A stretch of 64,000 nt of DNA from Podarcis tiliguerta (Eukaryota). The notes below the pieces were generated by a model. That model was not told where the DNA came from. It did no database searches and was given only the letters and a program-made list of their open reading frames with translations. Numbering within the stretch: position 1 is the first letter of the stretch; the number at the start of each line of letters is the position of its first letter. Below, in pieces: positions 11,303-24,884 of the stretch. A program made the translations under genes and the position numbers. The stretch lies in NCBI GenBank assembly GCA_965153285.1, contig OZ229113.1, one strand, 5' to 3'.

Positions 11303-13223
11303 TAAAACCATCCCAATGAAAAAGAGATGCAAGAAAGCAAAGTGGCTGTCCAACGAGGCCTTACAAATAGCGGAGGAAAGAAGGCAAGCAAAATGCGAGG
11401 GAGATAGTGAAAGATACAGGAAATTGAATGCAGATTTCCAAAGAATAGCAAGGAGAGACAAGAAGGCCTTCTTAAACAAGCAATGCAAAGAAATAGAGGA
11501 AAACAACAGAATGGGAAGAACCAGAGATCTGTTCAAGAAAATCGGAAATATGAAAGGAACATTTCGTACAAAGATTACCATAATAAAGGACAAAAGTGGT
11601 AAGGACCTAACGGAAGCAGAAGACATCAAGAAGAGGTGGCGAGAATATACAGAGGAATTATACTAGAAAGATATGGATGTCTCAAGGTTGCTGACCTTGA
11701 GCCAGACATCCTGGAGAGTGAAGTCAAATGGGCCTTAGAAAGCACTGCAAATAACAAGGCCAGTGGAAGTGATGGTATTCCAGCTGAACTATTTAAAATT
11801 TTAAAAGATGATGCTGTTAAGGTGCTACACTCAATATGCCAGCAAGTTTGGAAAACTCAGCAGTGGCCAGAGGATTGGAGAAGATCAGTCTACATCCCAA
11901 TCCCAAAGAAGGGCAGTGCCAAAGAATGCTCCAACTACCGCACAATTGCACTCATTTCACACGCTAGCAAGGTTATGCTTAAAATCTACAAGGAAGGCTC
12001 AAGCAGTATGTGGACCGAAAACTCCCAGAAGTGCAAGCTGGATTTCGAAGAGGCAGAGGAACCAGAGACCAAATTGCAAACATGCGCTGGATTATGGAGA
12101 AAGCTAGAGAGTTCCAGAAAGACATCTACTTCTGCTTCATTGACTATGCAAAAGCCTTTGACTCTGTCGACCACAGCAAACTATGGCAAGTTCTTAAAGA
12201 AATGGGAGTGCCTGATCACCTCATCTGTCTCCTGAGAAATCTCTATGTGGGACAAGAAGCTACAGTTAGAACTGGATATGGAACAACTGATTGGTTCAAA
12301 ATTGGGAAAGGAGTACGACAAGGCTGTATATTGTCTCCCTGCTTATTTAACTTATATGCAGAATTCATCATGCAAAAGGCTGGGCTGGATGAATCCGAAG
12401 CCGGAATTAAGATTGCCGGAAGAAATATCAACAACCTTAGATATGCAGATGACACAACCTTGATGGGAGAAAGTGAGGAGGAATTAAAGAACCTTTTATT
12501 GAGGGTGAAAGAGGAGAGCGCAAAATATGGTCTGAAGCTCAACATCAAAAAAACAAAGATCCTGGCCGCTGGTCCCATCACCTCCTGGCAAATAGAAGGG
12601 GAAGAAATGGAGGCAGTAAGAAATTTTACTTTCTTGGGCTCCATGATCACTGCAGATGGTGACAGCAGTCACGAAATTAAAAGACTCCTGCTTCTTGGGA
12701 GAAAAGCAATGACAAACCTAGACAGCATCTTAAAAAGTAGAGACATCACCTTGCCAACAAAGGTCCGTAAAGTAAAAGCTATGGTTTTCCCAGTAGTGAT
12801 GTATGGAAGTGAGAGCTGGACCATAAAGAAGGCTGATTGCCGAAGAATTGATGCTTTTGAATTATGGTGCTGGAGGAGACTCTTGAGAGTCCCATGGACT
12901 GCAAGAAGATCAAACGTATCCATTCTTAAGGAAATCAGCCCTGAGTACTCACTGGAAGGACAGATCGTGAAGCTGAGGCTCCAATACTTTGGCCACCTCA
13001 TGAGAATAGAAGACTCCCTGGGAAAGACCCTGATGTTGGGAAAGATGGAAGGCACAAGGAGAAGGGGATGACAGAGGATGAGATGGTTGGATGGTGTTCT
13101 TGAAGCTACCAGCATGAGTTTGATCAAGCTGCGGGAGGCAGTGGAGGACAGAAGTGTCTGGCGTGCTCTGGTCCATGGGGTCACGAAGAGTCGGACACGA
13201 CTAAACGACTAGACAACAACAAC
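11303..13223 (+). mobile_element. 5'-truncated Bov-B (RTE) LINE, inactive
   Basis: RT domain with GVRQGCILSP and LRYADD; stops at 11664 and 13069; frameshifts near 11680 and 11990; (CAA)n tail; TSD ATAGCCAATAC at 11244-11254 and 13224-13234. Confidence 0.97.
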
Positions 13224-13950
13224 ATAGCCAATACTGGTCTGGATATCACCAGACATAAATACTAAACGATATTAACATTTACCTTCACCAAGTTGTAGTG
13301 GTAGACAAATGTTTGGGTGGCAAAGAGATGTCCTTCTAGAGTAGATCAAGTAAGCACATCTCTATGTATAAAGAACATGAGCCATTTCTGCCTCAGACAG
13401 GCACATTTGGCTATAAGAAAATAGTGATGACAGTGCACAAAATGGAATCTCAGCCAACTGTGAAACCATGAAACACGGACCATATGCCTTAAGGGTACAA
13501 CATATGGTTTGATGAAGAAAATGTTACACACTATAATTGGTATGATTTGTTCAGCTGTTCTCCAGCTATGTCAGTTGGGACAAGGAAATGCACTCAAGAT
13601 TCTCCTCAGAATCGTCCTCTGTTAATCAATGGCTATAAGAAAATACTGGAGTTTATAGACAAATGTTTGGGTGGCTGGCAAAAAAGATGTCAAAAGATAT
13701 TTTTCTGTTCTTGTGGCTCCCTGTGAGCAGGACTATTTTTATAACAATTTTTATTATTTATACAATTTCTTGCCTACCCTTCAGTATAAGGTCCCTGGAC
13801 AGGTTACACTATAATATAGTTATAAAAATCAATAAAACAAGTAAAACTGTTCCAATCATAACAAAACAGTGTAGCGAGTAAAGTAAATAAGTAAAACAAG
13901 TAAAACAATTCTCACAGGCCAGATCTAATGAAGAGCATTTCAGGAAAATA

Positions 13951-14001
13951 ATTTATTTTACTTTATTTATTTATTTATTCATTCATTCATTCATTCATTC
14001 A
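13951..14001. repeat. Compound (ATTT)n/(ATTC)n microsatellite
   Basis: Read directly. Confidence 0.85.
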
Positions 14002-14719
14002 TGAAATGGGGTAGGATCTTGAGAAATACCAGGGACTGTTACAGCAAGAGACAAATTGGATTGAGTTGTACCCTCTTGATTTCCTGAAGCAAGCCTGCTA
14101 AGGAAGAATAAAAAAAATAACCTGGACATAGACAGGTGAGCAGTAGGTGACAGTGAAGGACTTAGGGAGGCAGGGACAGAAATAAGGCTCCCTAGGAACA
14201 GAGAGATGGAGGAAATATGGTCCAAGACATTGTGAGGTGCTGCAAAGCCTGCTGGGAAAGAAAGCTGAGTTTGTCATTATTTCAGCACCCACTAAACTGC
14301 TTTTCTTAGGCAACATTTCTATGTACATTCCAATCACTGGTGGACATCTCAGCAGTTAACTGATACTGCTTAGTATTTAAAATTATATATTTTATTTTTA
14401 TTATTGCTGAACCCATAATCTTTAACCAGTTAGCCCCCTGTAGTCTTAAAACACATCAACTTGTATAAAGAACTTCTCAAATATGTTCTCTTGGTGGCGG
14501 TGTTTCCCTCTCTTTGGTGCCCTGCTTATCTTGTGATGTTAAAGGAACTGCTTCAAGTTACAGCAAATGCACTCAAAAAGGATATATTCGTTTTGATACT
14601 AGAAAAAAGGGGAAGTCAAATGTCAGGATGGGTCTTTCATCAACAGCAAAAAAGAGTTCAGTATTCTTAGGCAATATGTTCCTTTGAAAATATTGTGATT
14701 TTTGTATTGAAAATGAGGG

Positions 14720-14812
14720 ATAGCCATAGCTCACAGCAAAGAGCACGCTTTGCACATACGGGACCCAAGGTTCAGTTCCTGGCCTCTTCAGATTAGGCTG
14801 GGAAAAGCTCCT
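14720..14812 (+). mobile_element. Degenerate tRNA-derived SINE head
   Basis: ccatagctca...ggttcagttcctggc; related copy at ~26787-26940. Confidence 0.55.
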
Positions 14813-14825
14813 GCTGAATTAGATA

Positions 14826-14958
14826 CAGTGATACCTCGGGTTAAGAACTTAATTCGTTCTGGAGGGCCCTTCTTAACCTGCAACTGTTCTTAACCTGAAG
14901 CACAACTTTAGCTAATGGGGCCTGCCGCCACAGCACAATTTCTGTTGTCATCCTGAAG
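14826..14958. mobile_element. Truncated Tc1/mariner MITE joined to the end of another element
   Basis: One TIR (TA-CAGTGATACCTCGGGTT); matches 17472-17603 and then switches to an unrelated GC-rich terminus. Confidence 0.8.
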
Positions 14959-15114
14959 GATTTTGTCACCCCCCTCAGTGGTGACACCCAGGGCGGCCCA
15001 CACCTACCACACTCCCTTCCTCCGCCCCTGCACAGGGTCCAAAATATACACGATATTTGTCACGTTTTTGAAAGTGGGCATTGTGCTATCTCTCTCACTT
15101 GGGACTTCACACCA

Positions 15115-15146
15115 GTTTGTTTGTTTGTTTGTTTGTTTGTTTGTTT
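15115..15146. repeat. (TTTG)n microsatellite
   Basis: Read directly. Confidence 0.9.
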
Positions 15147-17471
15147 ACTGAAAATTCCTCCCTCCTGGCTGCTGATTGCACCTGCAAGTGGTGTTTACTG
15201 CAATCACAAACTTGGGGGCAAAGCAGCACAAAAAGCTGTGAGGCCTCATGGCTGTTTCTTCTCCAAAAGCACCCAGGTTAATCATGTTTGTTTAAACATG
15301 CAATGTTATCCCCATGTCATCTGGGCCTCAGTGAACGCCACAGCAAGGTGTTGCGTCTCAATTCCTTCCAGCTATGCTGATTAAAAGTAGAAGTGTAGCT
15401 ATTCAAAAACAATAAAGTCTCCTTAGTGCCCCCCGCCCCGCTCCTTTAAAGCATGCTTTAAACCTTACATTTAAATCTTTTGGACCCTCGTTGTAACTAT
15501 TCTGTGTCTCCTGAGCATATGAAGTTGCTATCATTAGATCAATGTTGTTTCCATTCTGAATATTCGTCCTGTTTTGTTTTCAGGGAGGTTCTCATTTGTT
15601 TGTGGGGAGGTCAGATGATGCTGCATCATGCAAGTGTTATTCCACATTCCCCAGTGTACTTCTCTGCCACTTTCCTTATTGCAAAAAGTGTGATCTTTGG
15701 GGGAAGTGGGTTTGTTGCCCAAGACTTCCAAAGGGTCAGAAGATGTGAACCAATCCTTCCGGATCAAATAAGGTGCATTAATTAGAGCGTCAGACTAGAA
15801 CTGAGATAACCTTATTTCAACTCAGACATGAATCTCTTTCTCTGCCCACTGCCCCCATGGCCCTTGGCTTTAAATAACTGCGTTATAAGCATAAACAGAA
15901 CACATATGTCTTTCCTTATTTCTGCGTTTAAATTCTAAGAAAAGCTCCACATCTTGAATTTTTTGTGCCTACAGGCAATACGAGCTCTATCCTGTGACTA
16001 AAATATATATCTAGGGATGAGAATGTTGGATAGGGCTTGTCTTGTCAGCAGACACACCCAGTTCAAGATTAGTAAAGGATCGTAAGATATAAATCCACCA
16101 ATCCGTTTGTCTCATAATGTACTATAAGAAGGCAAGAAATAACCTGTTAATATAGCCCCTCCACCCATATTCCAGAGTAGTTGCTATGACTGAGAGCAGC
16201 ATATTCTGAAGGCTGTGTCAAACTGTTAGCCTCTGCTCAAACTGCGTTCATGCCTTACAAGTGAATATTGAGGCTAAAATGTTAAACCCCAAAATGTGTA
16301 CTTAATGCTCAACAAACCAGGTGCTGAATATCTTCAAAACAAAGATCCTGATTTTGACTTCATTATAATAGACTAGCCATATAAGTAACTCTACTAGTGA
16401 ACAATGTATTTTCATTTCTGCCATTTTAGGAAAGATCATATTTAACTGTGTGAAGTAATTCCCCACGTTAGGATATACTCTTTTCCATACATTATGTGCA
16501 CACAGAACACGTGTGCTTTGAGAGTGGCACTGAATTTGCCTAAAGACATTTCAAATGTCGAAATGAATGGGCATCAGTTGGCAACAGAACCTGCTGCCAC
16601 AATGTCACCCTCCTGCCTCGGCACATTTGTTCTCAGTGCGCATAATGTATGAAAGGGGCTGGTGTTTTCCTCCATCTCCTTTGAACACTGTCATCCAAGT
16701 GTCAGAACATGTCAAAGTTTATTTTTATAGGCTGACTAATCGCCTCAGACACTGTTTCATCTTTGGTGAGGTCATACACTACCCGAACGCTACTCGGGCT
16801 AAGGGACTGTAATGAGGTGAAAGTAGTGCAGTTAAAAAATAGAAGAGGACAGGTGTTTTATTAGGCAGAAGATTCTGGCCTTTATTTACATATGCAAGGC
16901 AATGAATACTTCAGGCTAAATAAATAAACGAATAAAATTACAAACTTGTCAAACTCCCAGTGTCAATAAGTTGTAACGTTTCTAATTCAGGAGATGATAA
17001 TGTTGGAATGTGTGATGACTAAAACATGATACGCTGTATGTCATCCCTGGAGATGAGCTTACGTTTCATAATATGATCCACGATTGAAAGAATTTTGCTC
17101 TGGTACCAAACAGTTGATGACTAGAACACATTGGCAGGTAACAGTACATAGCACCACTGCCCCTGTTCCTAAAGGAAGAACAAGAGGGATTATCAGCATT
17201 CTGTCCTCTCCATAATGCTGAGAAGGTACCCTACTGTATAGCCTGTATGTTTACAGCTTTTTAAAATCCTGATTTATTTCAGGATGGCACATATGATTAA
17301 GAACTGCAGGAACTGGAAAACGTTTCCAATGTCTTCTAATCCAAATGTTGGTTGGCAACACCCAGGGATAAACAGAGGGGCCTGTGGGCAACTCAAGATA
17401 GATCCATATTACATTAAAGATCAAATGTGGAAGAGACCCCAGCTATAATGAAAATACACATTTCCAGAATA

Positions 17472-17683
17472 CAGTGGTACCTCGGGTTAAGAACTTAATT
17501 TGTTCCGGAGGTCCGTTCTTAACCTGAAACTGTTCTTAACCTGAAGCACCACTTTAGCTAATGGGGCGTCCTGCTGCTACACGATTTCTGTTCTCATCCT
17601 GAAGCAAAGTTCTTAACCCGAGGTACTATTTCTGGGTTAGTGGGGTCTCTAACCTGAAGTGTCTGTAACCCGAGGTACTACTG
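17472..17683. mobile_element. Tc1/mariner (Tigger-like) MITE
   Basis: TIRs CAGTGGTACCTCGGGTTA / TAACCCGAGGTACTACTG; TA TSD. Confidence 0.9.
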
Positions 17684-20600
17684 TATTATAGACTGGTAAA
17701 AGAATTAGAATAGGGGTGAGGAAACTTGAGAGCCCTAAACAGTTTGGCCCAAGCTATTTATTGGACTGCCATCCTGCCTGCACTTTTAACATCTGCTTCA
17801 GGGCTCTCCTACTGTGCCCACTTCCCAGGTTGGTCAGGTGAATGGCCAAAGGGCACAGGTCTTTCTGTATGGTGGTCCCATGGCTACAGAATTTCTTCCA
17901 TTGGACTTGTATCAGGTTTCTAAGTTGCAGGCTTTTCAGAAGGCCCTGAATATCTTTTTCTGATGGTCTTCCAGGCATGGTTTTAGTAGCTGGGTGATGG
18001 TCTGGTTGAATTAAAAGCATTATGTGGAGTGCTGTTGTAGAGGTCCAAAAACTGTATGCAATGGGGATGGACAGATCTGTCAGTTTTAGTTCTTTCCGTT
18101 TCTGTTTTTCCCATCTGAAATTCAGTTGTACACATTTCTGCAGCCATTTGCTTTAAAAACAAAAACAAGTCTTCGGAGAAGAAAGTTTGGTGCATCCCCA
18201 GACCCTGGATCAGTTTGAACAGTACACTGTAAAAAATGCAAGATGAATATGACATCAATATCTTGTGTTTTTCATCCCTCCCCTATCCATAGCCACACCA
18301 TTGATAACCTAGTCACTCTTCCCCAATGTTGACTGTCACCCATGTCATAAATACAACAGTATTTCCGGATGACTGTTCATTGTGTAAAGTCCTTGAACTT
18401 AGATTTAAATCTGTTTCAAGTCCTCTAGATATGTGTTGTCTCTGTGCCCAGGTGGGTGACTTGCCACCCTCAGCAGTTAATCTCTGAAAATAGATTCAAG
18501 TTGGCAGAGGATGGTAGACTAAAAACTTTTAAGGTAGTCTTTTGGGATTTGTGAAAAACCATATTTAGTTATTTCAGCTATATAGTTACGAACATGGAAC
18601 ACAGTTGTATTTTATTTGTTTCCTCTGTTTACACAGCAGTGTTCTGCCAAACAAGTGCTTGAAAAATTGATAAATACAGTGACACAGATAAGCAATTTCT
18701 TGTATATATTTCTTCATGATGCTGATGTTTTGAAGTAGCTCTCTGAATACTTGGATTCATGGTGGGCTAGTAACACAGCACATTCTGGCTCAACCCATTC
18801 TCAGAAAAATCTTGCTGTTGACTTGTTGTGATCTCATATGCCAAAGTTCAAACTGAGATGGAAGGTCTATCTGTAACAAGTTCAGTTTACCATGCACCTT
18901 TATGCAACTGGCTGAGCAGTAATTTGGCATTTACTGCTAATTTCCTGGGAAAGGACTCCTTAAAAGAGGTTATGTGAAGTAGTGCTTACTATGTCTATTC
19001 TGGTGGGCATAAATAATTGCACAAGAGTACTCTGTTCTGAAGGATTAGCCTCCAAATGCCACTGTTAATGTGTCTTAATATAGGATTCTCACTTCTCAGT
19101 CTTTGGGGCAAAACATAAAGTAATTTAATAGCTCTTTGTGGCTGCAGTGCTGAACACGTTTACCTGGGGGACACCTCGTTGCACATGTCTCTGAGTAGAC
19201 ATGTTTAGGATCGTGCTATAATTAACAGTACAAACAGAAGACGAGCAAAGTATATGTAGATGGATGTTGATGTATCTTTTTTTGAAGTGGGTGTGATAGG
19301 AAATAAGATATCTTAAGTCATCTATATATTGATGACTTTCAAATGCATTATTATGAACCTTCCACATTCCATACTTTATCATGCACCAATGTATTTCTGA
19401 AAATTAAAAATAATAATAGAAAGTAGCCAAGTACTGTTATGGCAATTGATATTATCGCATGTAAACTGAACAGATATTTCCACCGTAAACTTTTGTACAG
19501 CCTGAAAATATTTGCTCAGCAACCTTTGATACCTGGTGGTTGTTCCAATGAGAGTTTGTGTCACCCTGTCTGTCACCTGGTAACAAGCAGCCTTGGGAAG
19601 CTGCAAGACTGGCTGTTCCTTTGTGTGTGGGGGGGTTGTTATTTTAAGATTTGTAGTGTCTGTCTTATTGCCTACCTGATATTCCCTGCTTAACTTGTAT
19701 ATATCTAAGAAAAATATATTGCAAAACCTGTTCCGTTCCCTCACCCCAGTAACTGATATTGTAAGGCAGCTCAGAAATGCTCTACCACAGCAGTCAGAAA
19801 AAAGCAGCACTTTACAGCTACTATTAATATGGGAGTTAAAAATATATATTTATACATATAAGCATGATTCCATAAATAACTTTCAAAAGGTAATGCAACA
19901 TAACTTCAGTATAACAATGATTGTAAAATAATTTAAATGTAAAATAATTTGATCCCAACCATTTTAAAAAAAATAAATGATATACTACAGATAGAGTGTC
20001 AGAGCTGTAAATAAAGCATGTTATATAGACTGAGGAAGGATGTATACATATTGTCATTGGGGGGGGAAGTTTGGTGAGACTGTGCAGTTTACTAGCTATT
20101 AGCTTGCTTGTATTTTCAGCAGTTCTAGCTTTCACATAAAACATCAATTGTAAACTCTATGATTTATGAAAACATATTGCTTCCCTTCCGTTTCGGGCAG
20201 TGTAATTCCGGAATGGCTATAGACATGCCTTAAGAAAAATATTAATAGACCCTTAGTATACAGTGCATCTAAGAATAGCCCATTGTCTCTTCATTGCTGC
20301 AGGTCTATCATCTCATTTATTGGATGGTATCATTTTACTGAGCCCGGTCTGAAGCAGCAAACATCTAACCTAGTTGTCCGCTTTCATAGCAGCAGCAACA
20401 GCAGCGGGAGCTATCATCTGATAGTTTGCTTGCAGCCGGTTCAAGTTGGCAATGTCACCCAAGCTGATTTGAGACGCAGACATTTTTGCTGACTGGAGTC
20501 AGGCTATCTTTTCCAGTTTGCTGGAATAGACACAGACACTGATTGGGTCATGCTGAAAACATTCCAGTCCTATGAAGCAAGTCTGTTTGTATATTTTAGG

Positions 20601-20899
20601 TTTGGCAGGACTAATGAATTAAAAATCTTGGACTCTTGACAGTTCACCGCTTTAATAATGCCTCTGATGGAAGGATTTTTTGCCCCATGAAGCATGACAA
20701 CACTGTAATCCTTCGTTGTTGGAAAGGAAGGGAAGGGAAGAAACGGTGAAATTGTGAAGGGAAACGGAAAAGGGTGGTCCTCAGGGACTGAAAAGCCTAT
20801 GGGAAGTGCAGGTAGCAGCATGTTGCCCTGACAGCTGTTTCAACTTCTCAGACCTTGTCAGTTGCTGCTATGTAGCAGGTGCAGCCTTTTCTTCTATTG

Positions 20900-20980
20900 A
20901 ATCTTTACTCCATAAAGGCAGCGACAAGCCAAGGCAGTGGCTGGCCCTGGATTATACAAGTGCAGACACTACTAAGTGAG
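20900..20980 (+). other. MAP3K7CL: Probable non-coding first exon of MAP3K7CL (5' boundary uncertain)
   Basis: Strong donor GAG|GTAAGG at 20980/20981; GCAGACACT..CTAAGTGAG resembles the human MAP3K7CL 5'UTR as recalled; CATAAA at ~20911. Confidence 0.6.
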
Positions 20981-22589
20981 GTAAGGCAACAGGTGTGAAA
21001 ACTGAACTAACTGATTGAGTTGTAACCACACTTAACTTGAGTTCTGTTGCAGATTTTTAAAAAAAAATAAGGAAGGATCACTCAGTTTCACAGGCAATTG
21101 AACTGAAGAACTGTTTCCTTGGGATTTTTTTTTTCCAAATTGAAAGCTTTTAGGTTTCATCAGGAGAGAGGGGAAAGGGATATATTTGAGGCAATTCTTT
21201 TTAATTTATCTCACTGATGATGTTCACACAGAGAATGTTGTGAATGAACTTTCCGTCCTTTCTTTGCATAGATTCATTTTGTTTCATTCTCTGAGAGGAA
21301 GACCTTTTGGGAGTCTTTGGTAAAGTACAGAGAAAGCTTATATGTATGTATTGTGTACAGGAAAAGTAGTTGCCTTTCTGAAAAGTGGAAAACCAAATGT
21401 TTTAAAAGAAACTTACATTACCAGGATAAGAGAATGGCTTTTTAAAGCAAATGGCTTTGCTACAAGCACATTTTAGCTTTGTACTCAAAATCCTTGTGCT
21501 TTTTAACATATAAATTGTTTCATAGCTTGATCACTTTTTAACATGCCTTTCATGCATTGTTCTAAGCTATCCAAAGGATGAACACAGGAGACTCGTGGAG
21601 GGAAAAGTGATGATGATGTTGGTTTTCCAAATATATAACCTTTCTTTCATTCATGCTTTCTGTCTGTTTTGCAGTAGGTTAGTTTGGCCACAATACTGTG
21701 AGCAATAAATTATAATTATGTATCTATACCATCTCAAATGCTTTTGTGATTGTAAAGAAGAGAAAATAAAGCAGTACTGTATTTAAACTCAATAAAAATA
21801 TTTAATCATACATGTATAGATATGATTTTAAATAATTGATAGTAAGCTAAGTGATGCATCAATAATATTTATTATGCAGTTTTAATAGCCTAGTAGTTAA
21901 GCTAAAGAATATGGATCTAAGTTTGGTTTATTTGCATTGACTAAGCTATAACTTGAGTTCCCAAAGTCTAAAGATTTTGGCAAGCTCTCTTCAGAACTAA
22001 CACTGTTACAACCTATGTTTGTGTAGCTATTAGCGGATTTAGATATTGCTGTGATCATCTTACAGCATCTGAGAGATATGGGACGTATCATAGAACTTCT
22101 CGCAGCAAAGATCTTTCAAAACAAACAATGTACTTACTTCTTGTGCTTTAGTAGACCAGGTACACTAACTTTGGCAATTTAGGGTATTGCATTTTAATAG
22201 TCTAAATGGGTCTCTTTGAGGTTGAACACAATTTGTTCAATGTGTTAGTCTTCCGGAGCCTGCAAATTGCATTAGTGTGTCATCCTGAAATGAATGACAA
22301 CACTCCTTGGCTTAAGCACATGTTTAAATGCTTTTCACAACTAGGATAGTGTTACAGTTGCTAGATAAATGCTGAAAGAACAAGGTACATTGGAAAATAG
22401 ATGGGGGCTGGCCAAATTTATGCCTACTACCACAACATCCTATGCTGTTAGAGAATGGTGTTAAGGATGTTTTTTTGTGTGAACTAGTTCTTGCTATCAA
22501 ATGTTTTTTTAAGTGCTTCAAAAATAAAAAATAAAATACAATGGCCATAAGACTGCAAAGTCCAGACTTTCCAAAAGTTCTTGCAGTTT

Positions 22590-22945
22590 TAAGAGCTGCA
22601 TTTAATTTTTTCCAGGTGAAATGTTAAAGGTGAATCTACCCAGTCTGCACTTTCTAAAACAATATGTGAAGCAAAATTTGGAGATTCTTCTCCAAATTTT
22701 GCAATGCAGTTCTGCAGCTTGTGCACAAAAATGCACATATTAGGGTAAAGTAATGAAAATAACATACAAAACTGCATTGTATTAGGGAAAATTGCTTTGC
22801 AGAATTATGTGTATTAGTCAAAATTGCATAGAAAAATAGATTTTTTCATTTGGGTGTTTTGTCACAAATTGATAGGAAAATGTGGAGCTGAACTTAAGAT
22901 TGGAAAAATGAGAAACTAAAATAGACAGATTCACCCATCTCTACC
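22590..22945 (-). mobile_element. Old non-autonomous DNA-element-like repeat
   Basis: Similar in inverted orientation to 28870-29215. Confidence 0.55.
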
Positions 22946-24814
22946 AGTGATGTTTGAACAAAGCAGTCCCCTGCTATTACATTAAAAGTATAGCATTAGA
23001 AGGAGGCAGAGCAATGAGTTGCTTTTTCCACCAGCTAAATGCCATACTAACTACAGGACATGCCAATGGCGGAATATAAATGCACCTTGCTTACATTGCT
23101 GAGTATGTACCGGTAACTTACAACTGACTCAGTAGATTTAATTCTTTGTTAGCCACTTAATATTATAACAGCAGTGTAGTAGTAATAGATTTGTGGGAAA
23201 ATCTGGTATCTGTATACAAATCGCAGGGTTTCTGAACAGATCACTCTCTGACCCAGTAGTCACATTTTCTGGAATGGTGCTCCAAATGGTGATAATCGGC
23301 TGCAATGAGCAAGTAAGTGGCTGGCTTCAAACTTAGTAAACTTATTTTATCGTGGGCTCATTTAATGTAGACTTAAAACAAGTTAGTTGCACTCATGAAA
23401 TCTGTTAGGTTACAGACATATCTGTTTGTCTAAAAATTTACAGTGTAAGCATCAGAACACCTGGTTTAAATGTATTTTAGCTGGCTTTTTAGAGTTGGGG
23501 GGAAGATCTCTGAACTGTGGGCCAATCTTGGTCTGCTGGGGGGGATCTAAGTGAGGCCATCTTTCACAAACCACATCCACCAGCTGGTGTCACTTGGGTG
23601 GAAGGGCAGGGTAAATCCTGCATGCACTAAAGAACAGGAGCACACAACTGAAGAGTGCTCAGTTTGGCAGGATTCCATACAGCCTGCTTCATTCAGGAAG
23701 GGGTTTGCATTAAAACCTCAGCTAAAACAAATGTGTTCCCCCCCCCCCCTTTGTTTAGCAGGAGTTTCTATTCAAACCTCTTCCTGATTCAGGAAGGATT
23801 GCATCAAAGGCCCTGCTAAAATGGAGGTGGGAAACCTTAGTTTTAGCAGCACCTTGAACCTGACATCATGGTGTCATCAGGGGGTTGCTATCCAATCTGG
23901 ATAAGAATGTGGCCCTTGGAGCTCGAAAGGTTCCCCTGCCATGTTTTAGAGGATGCAGGACAACTCATTTACACTGAAATAGTGATAGTAAGGTGAGCCA
24001 CCGGTTGTTTGTAAGATGCATGGCTCCCAGGTTCCAGGATCAATCCCCCGTTTCTCTGGTTAAAATGATCTCTCCAATGGCAAAGTTGATATAGACAACT
24101 TCCACAAGCTTTGGAGAGCTAGATATATATTCGTCTAGATATACCAGCGATCTGACCTATTGCAAGATAGCATTATATATTAACACTGCCAATTTGTAAG
24201 CAAAACCCATTCGTAAAGCAATGGGCTGTTTTGTGCCAAAGAATTGTTTCCCTGACTTTTTCACTGTCGTTTTGTTTAATGGGTGTTCTCCACTACCTTC
24301 GTTGATCAATCTTTGCTTGTTGGTGGTACAAAAACCTGTAGGAATATCTCAGATGATAATGCTTAGAAAGGACTGGTCACAGATCAATTATGCATTTCCA
24401 CATGCTTGCACCCATTTTGTAGACATATATAATTGCCCTAAATCCTGCATTGTCCTAGGAAAAGTCAAGAATGGCAGCCAAATACAGTGAGTTTCTCTGA
24501 AAAAATTGTCTTGGCTAGCAATTGTTCAATGGAAGACTTGGATTTGTCTGGAAATATATATGATGCTTATGCTCTACCTCTCTCTGCACATTGTGGACCT
24601 TATATGTGAAAGAACCGTGACAGGGAATTTACTTGCAGGTAATTATGCTTTGCAATATTCCTGAACGTGAGAGAGGATTACATCAGAGAAGTTATGAAGA
24701 TATTTGAAGAACATTAAAATCACATTGCATTGGCTTCTCAAGACCCATAAAATATGCAATATTTATATTTTGCAGCTGGAACACATAAGTAAACGCATAG
24801 GCTCAAGTGCCCAC

Positions 24815-24884
24815 ATGATCACCACCGCAAGGGTACCTGCTGATAAACCGATACGAATTGCCTTCAGTCTAAATGACTCCGCAG
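24815..24884 (+). CDS. MAP3K7CL: MAP3K7CL coding exon 1 (MITTARVPADKPIRIAFSLNDSA); exon starts at 24776
   Basis: Matches human MISTARVPADKPVRIAFSLND as recalled; tttgcag acceptor ending 24775; G|GTAAAA donor. Confidence 0.95.

Noticed and set aside
12010-13071. 353-aa ORF as a host gene or active RT
   Set aside because: Part of a 5'-truncated Bov-B with upstream stops and frameshifts and no endonuclease domain
20873-24814. In-frame upstream extension of MAP3K7CL through the presumed first exon
   Set aside because: The spliced frame is open back to TAG at 20873-20875 but contains no ATG; 24815 remains the start
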